Source: a virus
Virus record (IMG/VR): IMGVR_UViG_3300008516_000159
Length of the DNA stretch: 64,000 nt
Reading direction: 5' to 3' (one strand)
The position numbers and the translations under genes were made by a program. Under the pieces are notes generated by a model. The model saw nothing but the letters and a program-made list of their open reading frames with translations. It had not been told where the DNA came from and searched no databases. Shown here in pieces: positions 55,089 through 63,529 of this stretch. Every line of letters begins with the position of its first letter. Within the stretch, counting starts at the first letter, position 1.

Positions 55089-56121
55089 ATGAGCGCAAAC
55101 GTATACAAAGTAATAGATAGTACCTGGACCTACAGCAGTATTTTTCATGACCGCGGTTCGCGTTCTATTACAAAAGACCAATGGAAGCTTATTCCGAAAG
55201 AGCTGCGCGCGAATATAGAATACTATGACGGCGCAGAGCTGAATAAAATGCCGCAGCGTGTATTTCCTTTTCGTGCAATAATGGAGTTTCAACATCATAG
55301 GGATCCGAATTATTACTTGATACAATATGGTTATGATAAAAAAGATTGGGCATTCATAGGTAAACGTGGTCTGAAAAAATATACCAAACAAGATGCTATA
55401 AAAGAGATGCTAAAAGGAAGCTTGCATATATCATGAGTGCAAAAGTATACAAAATCATAGATAGTAATTGGATCTACAGCAGTATTTTTTATGACCGCGG
55501 TTCGGGCTGTATTACAAAAGACCAATGGAAACTTATTCCAAAAGATTTGCGCGCGAATATCGAATATTATGATGATGCAGAAATGTACAAAATGCCGAAG
55601 TATGTATTTCCTTATCATAAGATAATGGAGTTTAAACACTATAGAGATCCAAATTACTATTTGATACAATACGCTTATGATAAAAAAGATTGGGGATTTG
55701 TTAGTAAAAACGGTTTGCAAGAATATACAAAACAAGATACTGTAAAGGAAATCCTAAAAGGAAATCTCAGGGTCATATGAGCGCTAAAGTGTATCAAATT
55801 GAAGATCGTGGTTATGCATATCCTGCCGTATTTTGGGATCTAGAAGCATGGATAAAAAACCCCGACAGTATACCGCCGGATATGCAAAAACGAATAAAAC
55901 GTAAAGTAGCTCTTGATGAGAAATCTAGGCCGGCTGATGACTGGAAAAACAAAGCATATCTTAGCAGAGGCGAGTTCGTTCATATACTTGATAGTAAGTT
56001 GTTATATTTATTACAAAACCCTTTAGATCCTGACGAATGGTTTTTTATGGACGCTTCGTTTTGCCGAGGCGGTAGCAAACAGGATTATATACACAAAATG
56101 TTTATAGGACAAATAAAGTGA
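55089..56121 (+). repeat. three tandem ~115-aa paralogs with a 344-bp period
   Basis: Starts at 55089, 55433, 55777 with ATGA overlaps. Shared MSA[NK]VY.I.D, YLIQ, KQD.[IV]KE[MI]L. The first two are similar at DNA level. Confidence 0.9.
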
Positions 56122-56486
56122 AATTAGATCGAATATTAAAAGAAAGCGGAATGATACAAGAATCCAGAATAGGTCAGGTTGTCGCGCAATGGAAGGCTGG
56201 CAAACTTGTGCCGGGAAAAATACTACAACAGATAGGTTTGGTTCAGGATGATACAACTGGTCAGCCGTTGACTGGCACGCAGGTTAAGTTGAGAATGGTG
56301 CAGGCTGGTATGAAAGAAAACGATCCTTTAATGCCTGAAATAAAACAGGCTGCTGATAGGGCTTTTGTTAGCAGCGCTGGTAGAGAGGAATATAAACAGG
56401 AAAGAGAAAAAGAACAAAGAAGGATCGGCACCACAATAAAGGGTGCGGCTAAGAGGCAATCAAGACCATTTTTTCAAGAGACCTAA
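56118..56486 (+). CDS. possible virion-internal protein
   Basis: MKLDRILKESGMIQES, containing [IL]-x-E motifs. Confidence 0.4.
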   Translation: MKLDRILKESGMIQESRIGQVVAQWKAGKLVPGKILQQIGLVQDDTTGQPLTGTQVKLRMVQAGMKENDPLMPEIKQAADRAFVSSAGREEYKQEREKEQRRIGTTIKGAAKRQSRPFFQET

Positions 56487-56863
56487 GATATCATGAAAAA
56501 CGGTCTATCTAGCCAATGTTGGATTCTGTATATATGAAAGAATATTGAAAAATAAAGCTTGCGCAAAATAGGATTACTTTTAGAGCCCATTATGGAATCA
56601 ACCTTCCTGTGGGCTCTCATTTGTAAACCACAATAAGTATCCATCCCAAGACCCATTGAGCCTAGTTTTTCAATCTTGGCTGATACATCAGGGTCATTTT
56701 CGCGGCCCTTGTGCTGGTCGAGGTAATCGCACACTTTATCAGACGGCTTGCCTACTATACGATTCCAAATCTTGTCTACTATTTTGCCAAACAGTTTGAA
56801 ACACATATCGCTTCTCCTTGTTATTATAATATCACACACTCCTCTTTTTGTAAAGCATTAATT

Positions 56864-56935
56864 AGCCCCTACTCGGATTCGAACCGAGATAAGATGGTTT
56901 TAGAAACCACCGCCTAACCATTCGGCCATAGGGAC
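56864..56935 (-). tRNA. amber suppressor tRNA (anticodon CUA), Cys-like body, U73
   Basis: GTCCCTA/TAGGGGC acceptor, GTGGT-TTCTAAA-ACCAT anticodon arm, CTCGG-TTCGAAT-CCGAG T-arm. No encoded CCA. Confidence 0.9.
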
Positions 56936-56939
56936 ACAA

Positions 56940-56957
56940 GCCGGTATCTCTACCGGC
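56940..56957 (-). other. perfect 7-bp GNRA hairpin immediately 5' of the suppressor tRNA
   Basis: GCCGGTA-GAGA-TACCGGC, between a CATATATA motif and the tRNA. Confidence 0.7.
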
Positions 56958-56959
56958 TA

Positions 56960-56967
56960 TATATATG
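56960..56967 (-). promoter_or_regulatory. CATATATA putative promoter of the suppressor tRNA
   Basis: Recurrent motif, 25 nt before the tRNA 5' end. Confidence 0.55.
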
Positions 56968-57995
56968 TTACCTCTTCAGTTCCCAAAGACGAATTTTACC
57001 ATCGGTTTCGCCCTTGATAAACATACCGCTTTTGCGTACAGCCTGACACTGCCCTATATTCATACGTTTGACTTCATCGCCTAGCACAAAATCCATGGTT
57101 AATTGAGACCACCGACCTGAGGAAAGATCTTCTCTTATGTGCCAACCATTCTGGATCATTCTGATAACAGAGATCGTGCTGTGCTCGGTTGAATCTTCAA
57201 CAAACTTTTCGACTTCCTTGGCTACTTTCTCGAAGCTTTTGATATAATCATTAATCTTGCTTTTGAGGGTATTGCCTTCGTAGCCTGGGAAATCCAGTCG
57301 TATCTTCGAGTAATCTCCATCATGGTCCCATATCCAACTTTGATAGTCCATGGTTATAATATCCACCTTGCTGCCCCTCGTAGATATCACAAGCTCGTCG
57401 CCTTCAATATACTGATACGCGCCATCCCAGTAGCCAGGCTTTTGCTCCAAATTGAATATCGCACCACCTGGCACCCTGACATAATCTTCGGGGCTTTCTT
57501 TTTGCAATAGCGCAATAAGTTCTTTTACTTTCATACCGTTAACAACTCCTTCGCGGCACACTTGCGAGCTCTAGGGGGAACATAAGGCGCTTCTGCCCAA
57601 ACGATAACTGTTTGTCCTAACTCATTGTGGGTCGTCTTATAACCCCAATTCTTGAGGGTGGTGTGGATATCATTTTCATCGGGCATGTTGTGCTTAGGTT
57701 GTTCAATCTCGTCGCGTGTTCGGCCACGAATTAAGCAATACGCAATGTGCTGATGACGATATAAATGGCTCAAATTCTTGGGACTGCTTTTGTACATCGC
57801 TTCCATTATGTTCCAGTACGCCTCTTTGAGTCTATCCCAAGCGCCGCGGTGGCGCATCTCTCGGGGTAGACCGCAAACACGCTGAAATCTGGAAAGCGCT
57901 CTTTGTTTTTCTTTGTAAATTGGTTTTGCTTCTTTGATTTGGTGAGCGAGCTCTTTGAGCTCTTCTTTGATTTGTAGATATTCTTTCTTTGTCAT
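56968..57995 (-). CDS. two hypothetical proteins (57531-57995, 56968-57561) downstream of the amber leader
   Basis: 154-aa and 197-aa ORFs; the first carries HIAYCLIRGR..EIEQP. Confidence 0.7.
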
Positions 57996-58106
57996 TGTCT
58001 TTCTCCTATTTGATTTTAATTGGCGTGAATAGGAGCGACAATTACGGTGGTAATAAAGCCTATGTCATTCTGCTTTCCTCCTTTTTGTTACATGTTATTA
58101 TATATG
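57993..58106 (-). promoter_or_regulatory. leader with an amber-containing uORF and an SD/AUG-sequestering hairpin
   Basis: CATATATA, then AGGAGG, ATG ACA TAG GCT TTA TTA CCA CCG TAA, then TTGTC-G-CTCCTATT pairing with AATAGGAG-AAA-GACAA(TG). Confidence 0.65.
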
Positions 58107-58690
58107 TCTCATCTATTATCTTTATCGTTGGAAACCTAAAAGCAAAGCTTTGGCGAGATCTCTTTTATTGGCAGGAACTAAACGCTGTGTCTTAAATATA
58201 GCTTCTAAACTACGCTTGTCGGCGAAACAGCCGTCTGTCGAGCCTTCTGAATACATATATTTGAGACGGTATTCGCTGGTAGGCAGATAGAAAGGCTCAT
58301 CCTCTTTGAACAAATGCAATTCTGTTATTTCTGCGATTCGCCACATGTTCGAAACCGCGGATTTATAAATCCCGTTTTTATATGGTTTATTGTCGCTTGT
58401 TATACGTGGCAAATTCATACTGAATAACCGCCTCTTACAGATTTTATGCCGTATGGACTTTCAATCGTTTCTTTTGCCAAGTCGCGGACCTTGCGGGTCT
58501 TGGCGTGGCACTTTATACATTCTGCCACTATCCTTATTCTTCCGCGAGGAGCTTCAGAATGTACCTGTATTTCGCCTCCGCAATATTTGCAAAAGAAAAC
58601 ATATTTCTGTCCCTTGTTAACTGCCACAACTTTCCCTCTTTAATTCAATTTTATCTTGAAACAATACTGTTAAGGTAGGGAGTTAAAAAG

Positions 58691-59062
58691 TTATTTTGAT
58701 TTTGTTTGAAACTTTTCCCATAATGGAACCATATTTTCAAAACACTTCTTACCTTCTTCGCCTTTTGGCCAAAGACCAGGAATAATACGTATTTCTTTAT
58801 TCATAGCAAAAGCCATGCCCATGTCAAAAACGCATCCGCGCGATTGGCCGTCCCAGGCGACAAAAACAACATCTGCTTCTAGAATAGCATGTTTGTTATT
58901 CAAACATATCCTATAGCCAAGAGTTTTATCCTCCTGTTTTGTGTCTTCGACCGGCAGATATACAAAGTGGCCGGCCGCCTCAAGACCCTTTACGAATGAT
59001 TTGACTTCATTCATGAAATCTGGATCCGCATCTTTAATTGGGTGTATCACAAATACTTTCAC
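58691..59062 (-). CDS. nucleoside 2-deoxyribosyltransferase-like (TIR/NDT fold) protein
   Basis: VFVIHP, YLPVED, AILEADVV, SRGCVFDMGMAFA.NK (Asp at the usual catalytic Glu position). Confidence 0.7.
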   Translation of the reverse strand: MKVFVIHPIKDADPDFMNEVKSFVKGLEAAGHFVYLPVEDTKQEDKTLGYRICLNNKHAILEADVVFVAWDGQSRGCVFDMGMAFAMNKEIRIIPGLWPKGEEGKKCFENMVPLWEKFQTKSK

Positions 59063-59585
59063 TTTTTACTCCAACATGTAAGAGCCAGGGGGCGGCACGG
59101 GTTTATCGTTGCCAGCTTCTGCTTTCTTCAATGCACTGTAGAAACTATACCCTCCCAACTTTTGGTAACAATCTTCGTGCATATTATTACCTTGTATTTT
59201 ACGGAACTGCTGGCACACTTCTATTTTCTTGCCGCATACTGAACATCTAATCTTCTTCATTTTTTACTCCTGATAATGAAATGTTATCTCTGAGTTAGAA
59301 CAATTATAAGATCTATTTTCTAAACCAGCTACAACGGGAACCAAAGTAACGCTTCTCCATCTGAGCTCGCTGGCTTTCCTTTGTTTTCTTTTTTTAGTCA
59401 ACACTGCGGCAACATCAAACATAAAATAGCCAAGTGTAGCCGAGAGCACCAGGCTTATATCAAATCCAAAGAACACATGAAAAGGAAGCATCATACAAAA
59501 CAATAACCCGCAAAACACAGTTGCTGTCCTTAGTGTCTCTTTTATGCTATCACTCTTGGTATAAAAAAACATTTTTATCTCCTCT

Positions 59586-59657
59586 TATCCCCGGTAGGAA
59601 TCGAACCTACAATCCAGGTTTAGGAAACCCGCGTTTTTTCCATTAGACTACGGGGAC
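59586..59657 (-). tRNA. tRNA-Arg(CCU)
   Basis: CGGGT-TTCCTAA-ACCTG anticodon arm; GTAGG-TTCGATT-CCTAC T-arm. Confidence 0.9.
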
Positions 59658-59926
59658 TCAAATGTGACCGTTAAGAGTCTTAATCACATTATTAAATAGT
59701 TCTCTGAACTTATCGTCGCCGTTCAAAAGAGCCTTGGCTGCATCTGTTTTTGTTATATCCACGCAGGCTTGCAAAACGGCAGCTAAGGCGGCAATTTTGT
59801 TATTTACGGTAGTATCGTAATCGTGTGATACCTTGAGATTGATTTCTTCGAGCTCGATTTTAGCTGGAGTATATCCACCAGATATTTGAATTTGATGCTC
59901 TTCCATATTTACTCCTTTAATAATGT

Positions 59927-59944
59927 GGGGCCCTTGCGGGCCCC
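59927..59944 (-). other. GC-rich GNRA hairpin downstream of the csp gene
   Basis: GGGGCCC-GCAA-GGGCCCC with no U-tract. Confidence 0.6.
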
Positions 59945-59953
59945 TCTGTTGAT

Positions 59954-60154
59954 TTAAAGAACCGTTACATTTGATGCTTGCAAACCCTTCGGACCCTCTT
60001 TTACGTCAAAAGAAACCTCTTGATCTTCAGCCAATGTTTTAAAGCCTTCGGTGTTAATTTCGGAGTAATGCACGAATACATCATCGCCATCATCCCTACT
60101 GATAAAACCAAAACCTTTCTTTTCATTAAACCACTTTACTCTTCCTTCTGGCAT
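59954..60154 (-). CDS. cold-shock protein (CspA family)
   Basis: [37 protein letters not shown]. Start trimmed to MPEG. Confidence 0.97.
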   Translation of the reverse strand: MPEGRVKWFNEKKGFGFISRDDGDDVFVHYSEINTEGFKTLAEDQEVSFDVKEGPKGLQASNVTVL

Positions 60155-60198
60155 TAAAACTAAAACCTCCAAACTAAAATTGTGGCCAAACTGGCCAT

Positions 60199-60271
60199 TA
60201 TCCCCGGCAGGACTCGAACCTGCGTATATCTGATTAGAAATCAGATGCGTGCTCCACTACGCTACGGGGAC
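60199..60271 (-). tRNA. tRNA-Arg(UCU)
   Basis: TCTGA-TTTCTAA-TCAGA anticodon arm; GCAGG-TTCGAGT-CCTGC T-arm. Confidence 0.92.
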
Positions 60272-60279
60272 TCTAATAA

Positions 60280-60975
60280 TTAATCCCAAAGACTCATGAA
60301 GTGCATAGCAAATAAATCCAATCCCTTTTGGACCCTTTCGTAATATTCCATTTCAAGGTCAAAATTGTAATAAGAAATATCCTCTCCGAGATATTCCCTG
60401 TTTGCATTCTCAGGATCCTCTGGAGGAAGATATGAACTCATGACGTGTTTGTCGTTATCCTCTCCGCACCTGTATGCATAATAAACTGTTCTATTCTCTG
60501 GTGTTTTCTCATGAGGATATTTTAGTCCATATTTTTTTAGCATCCTGTCGCGTTTCTTATCATTAGCTTCGTAGCAAGTAATAAACTCAAACGCAAAAAC
60601 CATCTCATTCAAAACCTCATTCCACGCCTTTTCACCACCACCAGCCATTTTGCCCTTTGCGACAGCATCATCATATTCTTCCTTGGATTCCCACTCCTCT
60701 TCATAATAATCAGAAAAAAAAGAAGGATATCCATGTCGCGGCGCGTTTTTAAAAGCTTGAAGTTTGCCAAGAATGATTGGCGCTAAATGATTAGACAACC
60801 CCCACAGATCACAGTCTGAAGCGTGATATGTTCGAAACGCTCTTTGAGAAAACCATTTTACAGATCTATACGCGAGACCGATTTTTTCGATTTTCCATCT
60901 GATCCTTTTTAAAAAAGAAATCTTGCCAGCTCCCTCCTCTTCAGACAAATAATCCAAAAAGCTTTTCTCTACCAT
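60280..60975 (-). CDS. hypothetical protein (231 aa)
   Basis: Long acidic ORF: DLWGL..HLAPII...W...L.EM..AFE...QKGLDLFA.HF.SLWD. Confidence 0.7.
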   Translation of the reverse strand: MVEKSFLDYLSEEEGAGKISFLKRIRWKIEKIGLAYRSVKWFSQRAFRTYHASDCDLWGLSNHLAPIILGKLQAFKNAPRHGYPSFFSDYYEEEWESKEEYDDAVAKGKMAGGGEKAWNEVLNEMVFAFEFITCYEANDKKRDRMLKKYGLKYPHEKTPENRTVYYAYRCGEDNDKHVMSSYLPPEDPENANREYLGEDISYYNFDLEMEYYERVQKGLDLFAMHFMSLWD

Positions 60976-61174
60976 ATTATAACTCCCAGGACATTATTGT
61001 GTCTGTCGATAGTCCTCATCTGTTTTTAGGAAAACAGCAAGTCCAAATTACTGTCACAAGAATTGCAATACCCGTAGCGCCAAGCAGTAGTTGATTAAAC
61101 AATGATATCATTTCACTGCTTATATCCACATTGTCCTCTTGCTTTGTTATCTGTGTTTCTTTTCTTAAAATATC

Positions 61175-61843
61175 CTAATCATATATATGTGCCGTATCTG
61201 CTAGTTTGTTCCTGATGACAGGCTTGTTCATCCAATGTTCATCTTCTTCGAGCTGCTTAATGAACTCCGCTCTCACCAGCTTACCGCGCTGCTGCTTGCG
61301 ATAATTTTTTATAACTATACCTTCCATCATATCCTTGAAAGAACAATGAGAAGTCATTATAAAGTCATCCAAAGAATTAGTTTCTGTATAACCATAATAT
61401 AAGACAGGCACATGCTGAAAACCGAACTTTTTAACCTCCTGTATTCTATCGCCATGGTCAAGAAACTTTTTACCATTCCATATGTCAAAAACCAAAAAAT
61501 ACGATGGCAATTTATCGTAATCTATATTATGCTGAGCATACATTAATTCGCCGTAAATTATCCAGCCGATTGGAATCTGTACTATCTTTGGCTCATTGTG
61601 TCTTGCCCAATTCCAAAAGAATGAGAACTGTGGATGTATGCTATCCGCAAGACCTCTCCGCTTTTGCAAAGTCCAACCCTGTTTGCTGCGAATTATGCCG
61701 ACATTAGCTCCGTCAACTTTTTCGGTAATCTCAACTCTACCGGTCAAAAGAGCGTTCTGCTCCTGCTTGGACAGACAAAATTTGCCGCGGATCCGGATCT
61801 TAGGCGAAACCACCCTAAATGTCTTTTCGTACTTCAGGTACAT
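61175..61843 (-). CDS. ATP-dependent RNA ligase family protein
   Basis: Motif I EKVDGAN, IYGEL, FLVFDI, EGIVIK, GKLV. Confidence 0.85.
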   Translation of the reverse strand: MYLKYEKTFRVVSPKIRIRGKFCLSKQEQNALLTGRVEITEKVDGANVGIIRSKQGWTLQKRRGLADSIHPQFSFFWNWARHNEPKIVQIPIGWIIYGELMYAQHNIDYDKLPSYFLVFDIWNGKKFLDHGDRIQEVKKFGFQHVPVLYYGYTETNSLDDFIMTSHCSFKDMMEGIVIKNYRKQQRGKLVRAEFIKQLEEDEHWMNKPVIRNKLADTAHIYD

Positions 61844-62106
61844 CTTTAAATGAACCCCTTGAAAGTCCCTAAATTATTTACCATGGACTCGTTAAGTTCG
61901 AAATGTTTACAAGAACCAAATTTATGAATACTCAACTCTCTTGTTGTTTCGCTATGCTTGAGGTGATCATACTTGTGTAGACCACAGGTGCCCCACTCAG
62001 AGTTAGGAAAATTACTGTGCAGACAAAGGCCACACACTTTACAAACTTGATAATCTATTTTCTGAAGCTTAGCGAGTTTATTGGCGTCCATGTTGGCTCC
62101 TTATAT

Positions 62107-62180
62107 TACCCTCGGCAGGACTCGAACCTGCGATCTCTGCGTTCGAAGCGCAGCATCTTAGTCCACTAGACGACGAGGGC
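62107..62180 (-). tRNA. tRNA-Arg(UCG)
   Basis: CTGCG-CTTCGAA-CGCAG anticodon arm. Confidence 0.92.
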
Positions 62181-62350
62181 TCGGTTTAAAATCAGTGCAA
62201 GCTAGCTCCTTTTGGTTGAGGATTGGGATGTTGTGACTGTCACAATGGCCCAATCCATCATCACAGTTCCAGAGTTGAAAGTGCGCGCAACCAGCGCAAT
62301 GACTCTCACCTAGGAGCAGCTCTCTAGCTATTTCAGCTTTCATCTTCATT

Positions 62351-62424
62351 AGGCCAGGACAGGATTCGGACCTGCATCATCTCGGGTTGCAACCGAGCGC
62401 CTAAGCCATTTCAGCCACCTGGCC
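62351..62424 (-). tRNA. tRNA-Cys(GCA)
   Basis: CTCGG-TTGCAAC-CCGAG anticodon arm; U73; T-loop TCCGAAT. Confidence 0.9.
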
Positions 62425-63443
62425 GTTTAATCAGAATCGAGGATATCAACAATCTGCCAGTGACAATACTCATCAAACTGACGAGGTTCTAATATCTTTC
62501 TGGCAGCCGCGGCATCACCCTGCGTAGCTTTTTCGTATATCCTGGATTCCATTTCTTTCAGATCATCAAACAATTGCCAATCCTTATCCAGGTAATTAAA
62601 GCACGCGAGAAAAGCTTTTGCCATCAGCTCTTCTGTTGATGCATCCCAGGCTATGGGAGCAATCTTTCTGTTTTCGTACAAAAGTATCCTGTCCATGTTT
62701 TCTCCTGTCTATCTTCTTTAATTTAACTTCGTCCTCGGCCTTCATCCGCATTAGATTGTCCATTGCCAGACATCTGCCACAAACAACCTTTTTACGGTTT
62801 GCTTGATGCCACCATCGGTTTCCACAGTCGCACTCTATTAAAAGATAATTAACTCTTGAAGACCAGCGAGCATCAATTATAGCCAGCTTTTTCTGCATTT
62901 CTCACAACACCTCACACATCAACCCAGATCTACTTTTTTCCAGCGCGAGTGGAAGTACTTTAATTTCTTTTTCATCTTTCTACACTTCTCACAGTACTTC
63001 GTATACTTATGCACTCCTGGGTGATCCTCGCTACCAGTATATCTTTCTATTGTTGGTATCCATACCCAATCATGTTTACACATCACATATATCCTAGGTT
63101 TCTGATATGCCTGCGTTTTATCGTGGGATATTTTCTTCTTTTCCTTCCCATTTGTTACAATACATTTCCTTTGGAAATGCTTCTTGTTTCAAGTTTCTCT
63201 CGTCGCAAAAGTAGTACAATCCAGATACTGCGAACTCTGTGTGCATGTGACAACAGTTTTTACAAGAACCAGATTTTAGCAATAGTCTTTTTGCTATTGT
63301 TTTTCTTGAAATATTTTTTAACTTATCTATTGTTTTTTCTAATGGTTCAACTGGCCGCAATTCTTGATTCCACAAAACAGGCATTTGCACCTTATAATAA
63401 TTATTGCTATCGTCGCTCATTAAATTCTCAACCTATATTCTTG

Positions 63444-63529
63444 TGCCCGAGGAGAGATTCGAACTCTCACGACCTTCAAGATCACAAGGCCCTCGACCTT
63501 GCGCGGCTACCTAGTTACGCCACCCGGGC
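63444..63529 (-). tRNA. tRNA-Leu(GAG), long variable arm, atypical C33
   Basis: CAAGG-TCGAGGG-CCTTG anticodon arm; variable stem GATC-TTGAA-GGTC. Confidence 0.85.

Noticed and set aside
45265-56121. CRISPR array or DGR template/variable repeats
   Set aside because: The periodicities (237, about 590 and 344 bp) correspond to whole duplicated genes. No short identical repeats with unique spacers, adenine-specific mismatch pattern or reverse transcriptase were seen.
33990-56490. Invertible segments explaining the plus-strand gene blocks
   Set aside because: No flanking inverted repeats or site-specific recombinase were recognised at the strand switches.
56864-56935. Pyrrolysine tRNA
   Set aside because: It has a canonical D-loop GG, TTCGA T-loop, 5-bp anticodon stem and normal variable loop, unlike tRNA-Pyl. 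No pylS or pylBCD is in the window.
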